DNA of 64,000 bases from Cyanophora paradoxa CCMP329 (taxonomy: Eukaryota > Plantae > Glaucophyta), in the NCBI GenBank assembly GCA_004431415.1, contig QPMI01000619.1, forward strand, positions 1 through 64,000, given 5' to 3'. The notes below the pieces were generated by a model. That model was not told where the DNA came from. It was given only the letters and a program-made list of their open reading frames with translations, and searched no databases. A program made the position numbers and the translations under genes. This document shows positions 32,501 through 55,324 of the stretch, piece after piece. Within the stretch, counting starts at the first letter, position 1. Each line of letters starts with the position of its first letter.

Positions 32501-34863
32501 CGCCAGGGTCTCCGTCCCCACCGCCTGCCAAGCGAGACCGCCGCCCGGCGGCCGGCTCCCGCGATCCCGACGCTAGCTCGGACTCCGATTCGCCCATGCC
32601 GGACGCCCTTGCCGACGGCGATGACGGAGTGCCCCCTTCGCTACTAGAGAACGCGCACGCCGAGGCGGCCGCCGCCGAGTCCGAGTCGGAAGGCTCGTCC
32701 GAGGCCGACCCGGACGTCGCGTGCGACGCCGATGGGTTTCCGCTAGCCTTGCTCGAGAAACTGCCGACGCGTGCCGGGACGGGCCCGCGCCGGTGGGATC
32801 GCAAGGGCTTCGCCGAGCCTCGCCCTGCTCACCCCTCTGGGATCCTTCCCCGTGGCCCGGCCATGAGACGCCAGCCGCGAGACGAGCACAACACGAGGCA
32901 TTGGCGTAGCCCGGCCGACCAGAGCGAGGTGCCGGAGCCGATCCACTTGGATTGGGAGCCGGAGCCCGTCGAGAGGGAGCCGCCCCCGGGACCGTCCCGT
33001 CGGCGTTCGCTGTCTCCCGAGACGGCGCGGAATCAGATGCGGGTGCAACCTACCGCGCCCGACGCCCCGAAGCCGCTGCATCGCCGCGGAGGCCGTTCAC
33101 GGCCGAGCCCTCAGGCTCCAGATTCCGAAGTGGTGTCCGCGGAGACGCTGGCCCCGCGGCGGTGGGTCGAGCTCGACCCCAGAGGTCGGGAAGTCCGCCC
33201 GCCATGCAAGCCGGTCTTTGTGGACACTGTCCTCGACGCCTGGGCCTGCGGGCCTTCGCCTGCAATTGATGGCGCACTCCCGGACTCGCTGCGACGCATG
33301 TTTCCGCTCGAGAGACGGGAACGCCTGCTCGCCGCACAGAAGGAAGACCCCCTCTGTAAGAAGCTTATGGGCTACTATGAGAAGGGTGAAAATCCGACTC
33401 GGTGCTCACGTGGCTTCAAACGAGGGGCAGACCCCTGCTCTTCCTCGTGCGCGCACTGCCTGCGGGCCAAGGAGCGGTTCGTGAGGCTGGCCGACGACTT
33501 CAGCCTCGCTGAAGACGGCGTCATCGAGCGCAACCCGCTAGTGCCTGCCGGCCGGTTCCTGCCCGTACTGCCTGACGCTTGGATCGACCGAGTTCTGTAC
33601 GCCTATCACGAGGGCTGGGCCCACCGCGGAGCCCACGTGATCGCGCGTCGTATTGCTCAGCGATTCTGGTGGCCTGGCATGTACGCTTCGATCGCGCGCT
33701 TCGTGCGGTCCTGCCCCCATTGTCAGTTTGCGAAGGCAGTGAAGCCCCGCCGTACCGCTATCCAAGTGATACAGCCCTCGGGCCGAGGCGACCTGTGGCA
33801 GGTGGATATTTTCCACTTGGATATGCATGAAGACGGACTGCGGTACATTATCGCGTACGTCGACGCGTATACCAAGTTCTGCTATATCTATCCGCTAGCC
33901 CGCGTCTCTGGCGAGGCTTTACTGGCCACCGCGATCGATTTCTACATGCATGAAGGCGTCCCTGCGCGCATCCTCACGGACCGCGGTTCCCAGCTGGTGG
34001 GGGGCCTGTGGAACGAGTTCTTCAAAGAGAAGGGCACGCGCTTCGTGCATGCTGCTGCCTACCACCACGCTACCAACGGTGGCGCCGAGCGCCTCGGTGG
34101 CGTTTACAAAACACTCGCCTACGCGATGTGCCGCGAGCACAAGAGGCCTCTCTCTGACTGGCCCATGTACAATGCGGACATCGTCCTGGCCCTGCGAACG
34201 ACCGTGCACTCCGCCACCGGCTTCTCGCCCATGGTCTTGCACCGTGGCGTGGATGTGCACCTTCCCTGCGAAGTGCGCTTCGGCGCGGGCGTTCGCTTCT
34301 CGAACCCCGACCACACGCATCCAGCCGACTACCTCCTCGCTATGACGAAGGCCGCGGCTAGCACCGATGCTGCCTCGCGCGAGTATCGCCGGTTCTATCG
34401 GAGCCGTATGGTAGCTCGCACAGGCAACCCGCCGCATCGCCGTCGCTTCCAGGTGGGCGACAAGGTCTTGTGCTGGATGGGTGACCATGATAAAGGCCTG
34501 TACAATTCGTGGGTCGGTCCCTACACGGTTACCGGCGTTAACCCTGGCGGTTACACCTACACGGTGAAAGGATCGGCTAAACCTTATTCGGCCTTGAGTG
34601 ACACCCGGGTCCGCCCTCTGCGCGAGACCGTGGCTCACATCGACTGCATGCTTCCTTTCCGGCCACGGCTCTCTGAGTCTCAAGCTCGCCCACGCTTGGG
34701 TCGGCCACGGAAGCCGGACGTGGATACGGTGGACCCCATCGACCCCTCTTCGGACTCTACGCAACCTGACCAAAACACAAATATTGTCCCTGATGTCGGC
34801 GCCGAGGGCCCCGTTGGGGCGGCCGAGGGCGACACCGATGTGATCTTGGTGGAAGAATTGTGA
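29495..34863 (+). CDS. Pol: RT - RNase H - low-complexity linker - integrase (1-nt frameshift near 31370)
   Basis: [46 protein letters not shown]. HHCC (H...H...CPHC), D-D-E (QVDIF, TDRGSQ, GAER), GDKVL...WVGPY. Confidence 0.95.
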
Positions 34864-35484
34864 GGGCAGATTTCTTTGCCAGCTTTGCCTCAACCTTGGC
34901 TCTCTCAAGGGACGTCGGCCGATCACACTTGTGCTGTCTTGTCGGGCAAAGTGTGGGTTGGTGGCGGTTTGCACCTTGAAGACTTTCGTTCCCTTTTCTG
35001 GAGTATGGGCCCCAGAGCTCAGAGGAGTGGTAGAGTGTGAGCTTTGCTTGCGCGCGTGCGGCCCAAGAAAGGCGTACGGCCGGCGGTCCACTCTATCGTG
35101 CCCTGCTCTTTCGTTGGGCCTGATGGGTGGCCCGGATACCTCCTCGTGTTTTCTTCCGAGGCGGTGAAACTTCCCATCCGTGCCCCTCTCCTGCGGTGCT
35201 CGCCGTACGGAGCGAGTTTTGGGCCAGTCACGGGTTTCAGCCACTATGCTTTTCTGCACTTTCGAGCTTTGCCAGGGGTTGCTTAGGTACATGCATACCT
35301 GGTATCGGATCCTACTACCTCTACCCTTATTATCTACCCCGACTTCGTCGACTTGGTGCTGCTGGTTGCTGATGATGACCTATCTACCTCGAGTGGAGCT
35401 CCTGCTCCGTCGCCGCCGCGATTTGGGAGACCCGCTGCGCGTGCAGACGAGCTTGGCGCGGTCCGATGCGCGGACGCATCGTAT

Positions 35485-35498
35485 GCAGAGTGAGGAGT
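35485..35498 (+). other. Probable polypurine tract
   Basis: GCAGAGTGAGGAGT immediately before the 3' LTR. Confidence 0.55.
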
Positions 35499-35754
35499 TG
35501 TCGCATGCCGCGATGCCCTCGGACTAGGTTAGCTGGTAGTCTATGGTTAGCCTCTAGCCTTAGTCTAGCGCTAGTAAGCTTCTAGCTTGTAGCGCTCTCT
35601 GTGTTGTGACTTAGCGCCGGGCGCGGCCCCATCTGAGGGGTACGCCGTCCCTGTACGGGTACACTTGTGAATAGACCACTTGTGCTTCCTGCTATCACCA
35701 CCGCCTGCGCTAGACCGCGCAGGGCGTACCGGGTGGGCTTCTTCCCATCCGACA
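35499..35754 (+). repeat. 3' LTR
   Basis: Identical to 17698-17953. Confidence 0.97.
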
Positions 35755-45079
<9,325 letters not shown>

Positions 45080-45869
45080 TATGTATCTACCATAGATTGA
45101 AATTGCAATTAGCTTTGCTTCCCGTATTCTCCCGTCACGAAAATCATTCTAGATCTGTAGATGTTATGATCTGTAGCTGATCTTTTGTTTACGCTAGAGC
45201 TTGCCCGAGGCCATTTTGAGCTCGCACCCAACCTCAAAGATAGAAATGCATGTGTAGGATCTGCAATGAAACTGATCCTCAAGAAATTGGCAACGACGAT
45301 GAAAACAAGGTAGCATCGCGCGCGTTGACTTAATGGGCGACTGCGGGTGGCACGCGCCGTCCCCAACTGCTAGGCCGCCGCTGAAGCAGTTTGCCAGGCC
45401 TATATATATGATAGCGAGGGGCGAGCCGGTGCACGTGCCGCCACAGCGCGTCGCAGTTCCTACTCCTCAAGATCCCGCCACCAGCACGTGAGTCACAGCC
45501 TCACGAGAGTGCAGCCTCCGTCAAAGAAGTCGACTCCGTCACAGCAAAAAATTGCTGTAGCCCGACCTTCCAAATTCAAAGATCTAGGAGCGATTGCAAT
45601 CTGAAAAATTAAAATAATCATCGCACACGGGCAATGGCTACAGCTTGCTGATCGTGAGCTGTAACTAACCTGCCGTGAGTAGTTTTCGAATAGCTGCGCA
45701 CGGGCAATAAAAAGAGACTTCTACTTAAATATTAAAAAGGGTTCACGTGCATGCGTTCATGTACGCGCTGGATAGTCGCATGCGTTCGCACCGTGCTGAA
45801 ATCGCTCTCTAACTCGAAGATCTAGATCTACAAGCTGTTCTATACTAACTACTTCGATTCGAATTCGGC

Positions 45870-48800
45870 CTACTTCTTGGGGGTGTGCCAGGAGGTGGGA
45901 AGGAGGTCGCGGATGGAGAGCTGGGCGGAGGCGAGGAGGCCCCCCGGGATCATGCGGAGCAGCTGGGCGGCCCGCGAGCTCTCCTCCCGCAGCCGCCGCA
46001 GCATCGGCCCGAACACCAGCGCGTACTGCCGCGCGATAAATAGAACCGTCAGGTCAGCTTGGAACGGCAGCCGGTAGAAAGACAGCGTCCGAGAATGCGG
46101 AGGGTTCTCGAGTCGCTAGAAATATTAATATTGGTTAAACGACTCGTTTCGGAGGGTTCTCTCACACAACGGTTAAAAACGGTGACTTCAGAGCCGTTAT
46201 AATAGAACGACGGCGTCCGAGAACTGGCGAGGGGCGTCGGCGAGGAGGGCGCACGATGAGGGCGATGGCGAGGGCGTCGGCGACGAGGACGGCGGCGAGG
46301 ACGGAGCGGAGCCACGCCACGCTCGACTGCGGTCGAGAAGCAAAGCACGGGCGCCCCGCGCCCCAGTCAAACCTCCTACAAGCAATGGCAACTCGCTCGA
46401 GCTCTAATCTAAAAATTACTTGCGACTCTTGCATGCGGTCGTCAACTTTTCTTAAGATAACAGAGGATGACGCACGTCGACGTGGGCGATGATCGTGTCG
46501 GTGACGCGGTCGAAGGCGCCCAGGAGCGACGGCAGCTCCGCGCGCACCTGCGGGGAGCGGGTGGCTTAATATTGAGATCGGCTTCCAGAATCAAATAAAT
46601 AGAAAGCGAGTGACAGCGGATATGTAATTCGAAGATAAGAAGAAGCGGGCTACGCGGCTATCCGAAATATAGATCGGCTTCCGTTCCATTAATATTCGGG
46701 GGCGCACGGTCAGGAGGAAAGGGTCCCCGAAGGAGGCGCCGTCCTCCCAGCCCTCGAGCCGCCCCCCGGCCTGATTCGAACCCGGGACGGCTCCGGCGCC
46801 GGGGGCGACGAGGGCGCCGGCGGCGTCCAGGAGGCCGTTGGCCTTCAGCACGCTCAGCGCCGCCTCCAAGTCTGCGCGCCGCGCACGTCGAATTAAATGA
46901 AGCGAAATCGCATGTGCTCGATATGGTTAGAATAAAACTCGAATCCTCGATTACTATAACAGCTGCTCAGCCTTAAGCCTTGACCCTAATCCTTGAAGAT
47001 AAGCAGCCTCAAGCCTGGGCCGGGGCGCACATGAGAAAGTCTTCACGCTGAGGCCCCTGGAAGCGGCGAGGTTGGAGCCCGAGGGGGCCGCGGCGCCGAC
47101 GACGCCGTAGAGCAGGTCTGCCAGTGAGAAATGCGAAGCTTTAGTACTGACAGGCACTGAAGAGCGCGCGTAGAGCGTTCATTTGAATATTTAATTTATT
47201 GAACTTCGAGCGCTGGTGCTGGCGCACCATCGAAGCCGGCCGCGCGCTGCGTGCTGCCGTCCGACCCGAACTTGAACTGGGCGACGAAAAGGTACGTACA
47301 GGTGATCATGAGGGGGACAGGAGCACCGAATTCGAACTCTCGATTTCTGAATTTCGAACCTGCTCGAAGAGGCCGCGGACGGTTCGGATGTCGGCGTAGA
47401 GGCGCTCGGCGAGGGCCGCCCTCCCCAGGCCCAGCGCGCCGTCTCCCACGTCTGCGAAAACGAGGGCGCGAAATCGGAGCTTCAGCGGTAGGCGTTCTGC
47501 GCGGAAGGGGGCGCCCAACGGATCTAGATCATGATCATCGATATCGGTGGTATATATATTTAGAGTGCAAGTGAATGGTATCGAATTTCGATCTTCTAGA
47601 TTTAGATGCAAGCCGGGGAAAGGGGGCGCGAAACTCGCGCGCGAGGAATAAATGAAGGGTGCGCACAGAGGTCGCGGGAGAGGGCGTGGAGGTCGGCGAG
47701 GGCGTGCGCGACGCGCCCGACGGCCGCGAGCTCGTCCACCGCGCCCCGCGTCTGCCCCGCCAGGAAGAAGCACACTGAGGGAGGAGGACGGACGGAACGG
47801 ACGACGCTCAGCAGAAGGAGGACAGGTGATTGATGCATATGCAAGCGAAATGATGACCCAAGAAAGTGGCGACGGCGATGAGGGAGATGGCGAAGAGGCA
47901 GGCCCACACGCGGAAGCGCACGGTCCGCACGACGGCGAGCGCCCGCCGCGAGACCGCCGAAAAGTTGGTCCAGCCCCTCGCATCCTCGCGATCGCCCGCT
48001 GCGAAAATTGAAAGCGTTAGAAGAATCGGCGGCGGTAGGTGCAGTGTTTACGCGAAATTCGGATACCGGCCGAGCCGTCCCCTGGGCCTGCAGCGCTACT
48101 AGCTGGCCCCGACGTCGGCTGCTGCGACCCGGCCGCAGTCGCACCGGCGCCGCCTGCGACGTTGGCGGTTGGGAGGGGCGCCACTCGAATGCTCGCCGCC
48201 CTCCTGAGGAGCCCCTGCACCGCCGAGCGAACGCTCGGGTTCGCCGCTGCCGGCGCGGGTGCCGGGTCCGCCTCAGCGTGGGGACCGCGGCTGGCCAGCA
48301 CAATCGCGTCCCCGGCTCCCGAACCGGATCCCCCTTCGTTCTCCTTCAGCTTGTAGGCGTCTCCAGGCCTGATTGGAATGTGAGGTTTGACTTCAAACGC
48401 CTACGCAAGCATCGCGTATTCAAACTCTCATGCCTCGAGGGCGGTCGGGGGGCGATGCGACCCTTAGAGCCGTCCGACGCTGATCCCGAGCCCGAGCCCG
48501 GGCCCGGGCCCGAAGTCTCCGCTTGCTCGCGGGACTCCCGCTCGATGATGCGGCGGAGCGCGGGGGGGAAGAGGTTCGATCGCGACGCGCTGGCAATGGG
48601 CGGGCGCCCCGCGGGGCCCGCCGCGGTCCCGTTCCCGGCCCCGGCCCCGGAGTTTGGACCGCCGCGTAGAACCATATAAGTCGACGTCTTGAAGCTAGCG
48701 CCGGATAGCCGCGGCCCTACAGATCCGCGCGGCTCCTCGCGATCAGAGCTGGTGGCCGCCACGGCCGTTGGTTGCGGATCCGGAGCCGAAGCGGGCGTTG

Positions 48801-51800
48801 CTGTCGCCGCGGCCGGTGCGTCCTGGACTTGCGGGGCCGGATGTGTCTCCTCCAGATCGACCATCGCCATCGCCAGTGTCGGGGGTTGCTTTAGCGCGAG
48901 AGTGGCCACCGAGTCGGGTTCCTGTGCACATGTACAAGAATAACGCGATTTTCACAGTTAATATATCGAAAAGCTTAGCAGATTATTTCTAGATCGAGAG
49001 CTTAGCAGACGCCGAGTTCGGGCACAAACCTTGCCGGGCGCAGAGTCGTCCGCGGCCACGTCCCTTCCCTTCGTCTCGAGCACGACGGGCAGGAGCCAGC
49101 GAGAGGTTCCGGTGGCCGACGCCTCCGTGGGTGACGTGAGCTCCGATCCGGCCAGGACAGTCGAAGTCCCCTTAGGTTCGGCTTGCGTGTCGCGGCGGAC
49201 ATCGATTATGGCGGACGCCGCGGGTGCTGCGGCGTCGACGTCGACGGCGGCAGGAAAGGCGTCGGCTTTCAATCCGCTCTCCAAGTCCCTTTGCACGCTG
49301 GGCGAGGTGATCAAGGCCATGGAGGGGATCAGCGCCACGGGCTGCATGCGCAGCTGCGCCTCTCCGTCCCCGGGTCCGGTTCCGGACCCCTTCCGCTCTG
49401 GGTCCCGATCGCGCGGGTCCGAGCTCAGGCTGGATCCGGATCCGTTCGGCGCGAAGTCGTCGTCGTCCATTAGGGAGACCGCGACGGGCCCGCTCAGGCG
49501 CGGCGCGTCTTCGCCCAGGGAGAAGACGTCGACGGTGAAGGGGTCCAGCCTGAAGGGCGCGACCGCGGTCACTGCAACCGGCTGCGGCTGCGGCTGTGCG
49601 CTGGAGCTGGAGCCGGCTGCGCCCGCGGCCGAGACCGCAGCCGGTGCGAAGTTCATCGGCCCGGGCTCGGGATCCGTCCCATCCGCGGCTTTGCCTTGTT
49701 GCGTCTCCTTCTCTTTCTCCTGCCGCTGGGCCATCGCAAAGCTCTTCATGCGGTCCAGCGTGAGCCTAAGGCCGGCGCCCGTCCCGTCGTCGCCGCTCGC
49801 GATCCCGCCGTCGCGGGCGCCTAAAGGCGCGTCGACGTCGCGCTTGGGCTGGTCCTGGCCGTGCCCGTGTGCCCCCGCGTCCAACGAGCCGCTGGGCGCG
49901 GGGATCAACCGAGCCTCTTCCACCTTGCGCTTGGCGATCGCCAGGCTGACAATGTTGGCGAATCCAAGGCCTGCGCCACGGCCAGCGCCCGCGGCTGACC
50001 GGTCCACAGAGCGCCTCCTGCCCACGCGCTCGCCGTCGCCGTCCTCTACGGAGCCGGCAACGGAGCGGGCCGCGGATCGCCTCCGGCCGCGGCCCGCCCG
50101 CGCCGCGTACGTATACGCGTCGTGCTCGCGGGAGGAGAGCCCCTCCATCTCGAACGAGCGCTGCGAGTCGAGTCCGCGATGCGTGCGGTCCCCGCGCTCC
50201 TCCTCCGTGTCCGAGGTGATTATCTTCACCTGCGATCGCGACATCTTATACGTGAGCTCAGGAGATTCGAGCGGGCTATGAAGCTTATAATTAAGCATGC
50301 GATGTTGCCAATGGTAAAACTATGAGCGCTGCGCACCGCCTCGTAGTGCTTGACGACGGACTTGATGAGAGTTTTCGGGATCTTGACCTGCCACGGCACG
50401 CGTTGGACTAGCTATAGGGCGGGATCGCCTCGCCTCGCGATCGTAAAAGCCGTACGCGTGAGCGGGTGAACGCACCACGACGTCCGCCAGGTTGATCTTG
50501 TCGCGGCTCACGTTGGTCAGGCCCACTGACTGTCGGGCAGAGCTCAACGACCATGCGGACGGGGAAACAATGAAGACTTAGACGGTCGCACCACGAAGAC
50601 GCCGGAGAAAATGGCGACGGCGACGTACGCGGCCGTCAGCGCCGCGTAGCGGACGTAGAGCGCGTTCAAGTCGAGCGCGAAGGCCTCCTCGTACACGCCG
50701 CCGAGTCTCTGCATGGCAGAGGCGAGCGAGCCCAGGCCGGCGTCGCAGACGTAGCGGAAGGCGGGGTCGACGGGGACGGCTTTGGCGGGCGCGGACGCGA
50801 CGGCGCCCACGCGGTCCACGAAGACGAGGACGCCGTCCCTGTGCGTGAGGGGCCGTTAGGATTCCACGCGAAATTAAAGACGCGTAGAGGGACCCGAATC
50901 GAAACACGGACAGGGTGGACATCGACGTCATTGCGACCGTGGCGCCATCCGACCGCGACGCGTTCGACGTCGACGTCGACGCCGCCGCCGCCGCTGCCGT
51001 CGAAGCCGGCAGCGGCGCAATGTATAGCGGCGCGTCAAAGCGGATGGAGGACCACGACGCCGCGGCCCTGTCGCCCGCATAGTAAAGCTCGCGAGACCGC
51101 ACGAGGATCGCCCGCGCCCGCTCCTGGGCCGCCGCAGACGCCGCGGCGAGTCCATCCACCGACGCCGCCCGCGCGGCCAGGGAGACGGAGCGGACAGAGT
51201 CGACGGTTCGGGCGATCGACGTGCGCTGCGCAAGCAGTCGACGTCGACCGGGATCCAGAAATGAAGCTCGAGCTCGAGAGATGTTTAAACACATGCGCAC
51301 GATGAAAGAGACGGACACGAAACGGTCCATGGCGCCATGCTGATCCTGCAGCCGGTCGATGCTCGTCTGCAAATGCAAAGCCGATCAAATAAACCATATG
51401 CATCGCGATCGACGGGTGCAGAATAATGTGCGAAATCCCAAGCGGACCGAGCAGAGGGCGACGAGGAGGATGAGGAGAAGCCAGCAGCCGACGACGATGC
51501 CGCGCTGGAGCATGCGCACGGCGCGCGCGCCTTTCATCGCCGCCGCCTCGAGCAGCGCTGCAGCGGGGTCGCTCCGGTCCCGCTGCTTCTTGAAGCTCTT
51601 GGAGAGGACCGAGCCCGTGTCGCGGTCGTCCTGCCCCGCGTCGTTGTCGTTGGTCGCCGAGCCACCCCCCGCCGAGCCGGCGCCCTGCGGCCCCGCCAGC
51701 GCCAGAGCCATCTACGCGTACGAGCCTCGCGTCGATAAAAAGGGGGCGCAGGTGCGCGCGGCTGCACGAATCCGGATACCGCCTCGGCGTCCTCGATCTC

Positions 51801-54800
51801 GTCGGCTCGGGCGTGGTAGATCGCCGCGTCGGCGTGCTGGTTGCAGACTGCGCGCGCGGTTCGACCATCGATTAATAAAATACGTTTCGCGCACGAAGCT
51901 TTCGGAAAAAAAAACCAACCTTCAGCCTTAAAATAGGCGTACGCACGGCTGCACGCGCAAAAGCGTTGCTCGATAAACACCGATGCGCGAAAGTGAAACG
52001 ATATCATTGAGAATTCGAAGGCGCACCAGAGCGCTGGGGAGCGCGGGAACTTCGAGATGAGGCGCTGGTAGGCGCCTTCCGTCCGCAGCTTCGACTTCTC
52101 GATCGTCGCGAGCCGCTGCTCGAGCCCGCTGATGGCGACGAGCGACGCGAGCCCGGCGCCGTTCGGTTCGTTCATGGCGCCGCGCCTCCCGCCGTTGCCG
52201 TTGCGCCTGGGCCCAGCCTGCAAGCGGCCGCCCAGGGCGCCCGGGCGCCGCTCGGTCCTCGCGCCCTCCCAGGTCAGCGAGTTGGAGAGCCGCTGCATGT
52301 TCCGCCAGAAGCTGCGAATCTCCTGCAGCGCCATGTTCTGGTGCTTCGTCGCGTCCTCCAGCGTCTGCTGGAACTGCGAATGCGCAAACACGCGCAGTTC
52401 GCAACCAGCTCAGCGTTTGAATCATTCGACTTTGCTGGCTCCGCGCACCTCGAGGAAGGCGACGACGCTGAGGCCGGCGTCCTCCCCCAGCGACTTGGAC
52501 TGGTCCATCTGCACGATGGCGCGGCGCTTGGCCTGCAGGAGGAACCCTACGTCCAGGCCGACCCGCGGCAGCCGCTCCGCCATCCTACGCGAGCGTTAGA
52601 AATGACATTAAAAATGAAATATGAGCCAACGTCAACGTTTATTTAAAGAGAGAAGCGGCGCCGGCCATTTCTGACCTGAGGCGGTGCGTGGCGAGCTGCT
52701 GCTCCTTCTTGAAGGTGGAGAGGAAAACGGCGTAGTGGAGCGCGACGTAGGCGCTCGTCTTGAAGCGCGCGAGGCCCGCCTCGAAGATCGCCTCCGCCGC
52801 CTCGATGCCCTCCTCCCGGATCGACGGGTCTGCAAATTCGAATCGAGCCGCGTCAACGTTCCATCTCGTTTCTAAACGTTCCTTAAGAGTTAAGATAATC
52901 GCGTCTTCGGTTCCCTTTATTATATTAATATTGAATCGCGCTGATGTTCATTTAGAGTCAAGAGCCGGTACGTAAGCGGCTCGCCTGTCAGTGCAACGCG
53001 CGCCCAGATCTCCACTTGCGCCTCCATAAGGAATCCCTTCGAGCGCGCGAAAATTCTGCGCGGAAACAAGTGCGTGAAATTCATTCTCGGAAGTGGCCAA
53101 AGCCAAGTGTGCACAGGGACGATTGATATTAAGGCTCATCGCGGCTCACCCGCCGCCGGAGTGTCGGTCGCGGCGCTGATCAGTGATGGAGTGTATGGGG
53201 TTCCTTCGCCTTTTGAAGCTGACCCCCGCGTTCGCGCTCTCTCCACCCTCGACGTCCCCGTCCTCGAAATGGTCGTCCGTCATCCCTTGGAAACCGTTCC
53301 GTATGCTCTTCACGATCCTGCGCGCGCACGCGCGTTTGAAAAGTGTCAAATTCGAAACCATGTAGGTGGGTGCGCGCGGGACGTGATGTATACGTAAGCG
53401 CACGCAAGACGGATGTGTCGCAGACGCATGTAGATTGCGAGCGCCGCGCACGAGCCGATGACGGGCTGCGAACAGGAAAGCGGCCGGAGGTTAGCTTTGC
53501 GCACCCACTGGCGGACCAAGCTCGAATATTAATGGTATTCGCGGAAACTCGCCATCAAACCGATGAATGAGACTGATATAATTATGCGATTGGCTTCGTC
53601 CGTGCCCGAAAGAACCAGGGATCCGATCGCGAACGTGCCGGCGGCCGCGAAGCAGCCCGCCCGGAGCATGTTCATCGGTCGATGGTAGTGTGGTTGCAGG
53701 ACCACACTGCACAAAGACGTCAACGTCGAAACGATTTCATTGAGCGGTAGCGCGTAATTGAAAAGCGCACAAGAGAGACGACATCAGGAAGCAGGCGGAG
53801 GAGACGAGGAGGAGGAAGAGGAAGGACTGCCTCTCGCGGAGGGGCGGCCCGACGAAGACGAGGACCGACTGCACGGCCACGTACGCGAGGTGTACCCGGC
53901 CGTGCGTCCGCGCCGTCACGTCTGCCGAGAGTGGCTGCACGCACGAGAAGTGACGTCGGATTCGGATTCGACCGGGATTGAAATATTTGATTCTAAACGC
54001 GGCGCTTAGCGTAGCATGAATCTTTCGCAATTCTTATTACCGACATATCGTGGAAGACAGCTGCGCGAAAACAGTGCGCGAGCATGGATCACAATCACGC
54101 AAGCTAAGAACCGCTCAACTCCAGTCTGATAATTCGCACCTGCCATCACCCCGGCGAACGGGAGGTACATGACTAACGCAGCGGACGAAGCCGCAAGCGC
54201 GGCGACCCTGCGCGACGCGATTGCGGTTACGAGACGTGCGTGCGCGTGCCGAAATTCGAAGGGCAGGTACTGCTGCGAGGAGGAGCAGAGGGAACTCGCG
54301 CCATCCCCGGCAGATTGCGATTGCAGTTGGCAGAAATAGGGTGTGGTGACGAGCCGGAGGACCGGAATCTGCACATTTTGAGTGAATTTCGCCAAGACAT
54401 CAACGCTGGAGACCATCAATTTCGCCAACGACGCACGTAAAACGCGGAGACCAGAAGGGGAACGAGGGCTCTGTTTTCGAGAAACGCAGATTATACATAA
54501 TTATGCATGGTCACTGAAAATTCAGATACAGTGCAATCTCGGTCATGATCATGATCAGCTCTCGCACCTCAGAATCCGAATCGGGAATATGCGGAACGAA
54601 TGCAGGTGATACATGTACGCGGCGTGGGCCTGATCGCACGCGAGGCATCACGGTCAGCGTTAACGTCACGACTCGGGAGTTATAATTACGTTCAGCGGCT
54701 AGATTATGTATGCATATGGCTATAGGACAGGCCACATAAATTGCAACGCAACCGAAGGCGCACCGTCAACGCGAATGTTAGGCCCAGGACGGCGATCACG

Positions 54801-55324
54801 GCCCAGTACAGAAAGACGAAGGCGAAATTCGCGCGCTGAAATTGGACGTAGAAGTCGAGACCCACTTGGAGCCTTGGGAGACGAGATTATAATTAGATTA
54901 GACCCGCGGCCGGGCACGGGGCCTAGGCCTTCCGCACCAGGAGACCGACGGTGAATGCCATTCTGGGGTCATCGCGAGGCCGACCAACTGGCACGCGTCG
55001 AGGACCACGGCTACCGTGGGCCAGACGACGGAGAACAGCACGTCATCTGAACGGCGCGTGCCGGGCGATAACGACGGCGACGGTCGTCAGAGCACTGGCA
55101 TTTGCGATCGGTTTAATTTAGAAACACGCACAGTTCTTTCCGGTTTTGTCAGTCAAGTAGAATAGAGCGCCGTTGATGAGCTGCCGAAGCTTCTCCAGTC
55201 TCCCCGAGCTCGAGAGGGCGCTGCCGCCAACGAGCCCGGCGATATTCAAGGCCGGCGGCCGCGCTTGCGCGTGCGCATCTCCGCCTCCGCTCATGGTTCT
55301 GTCCGCGAGACGCTCCATGTCCAC
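45870..55324 (-). CDS. Multi-exon TmcB/TmcC (tiny macrocysts)-like multi-pass membrane protein
   Basis: N-terminal TM exons (ARTHGRVHLAYV, LQPHYHRPMNMLRAG). Helical block FEAGLARF...YAVFL, IRSFWR, AYQRLISKFPRSP, RAYAYF, AVCN...RADEIED. C-terminus VFGPMLRRLREESSRAAQLLRMIP. Family assignment is from motif recall. Confidence 0.7.

Larger units (their letters stand above)
17698..35754 (+). mobile_element. Giant (18,057 bp) Ty3/gypsy LTR retrotransposon, recent insertion
   Basis: 256-bp LTRs TGTCG...CGACA, identical by eye. 5-bp TSD CTGCA (17693-17697, 35755-35759). Domain order gag-PR-RT-RH-IN. Confidence 0.97.

Noticed and set aside
33919-35292. 457-aa antisense ORF (possible env-like or antisense accessory gene)
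   Set aside because: It is mostly the shadow of integrase, with no signal peptide, TM segment or motif.
49031-50281. 416-aa plus-strand ORF
   Set aside because: Antisense shadow of a large exon of the minus-strand TmcB-like gene.
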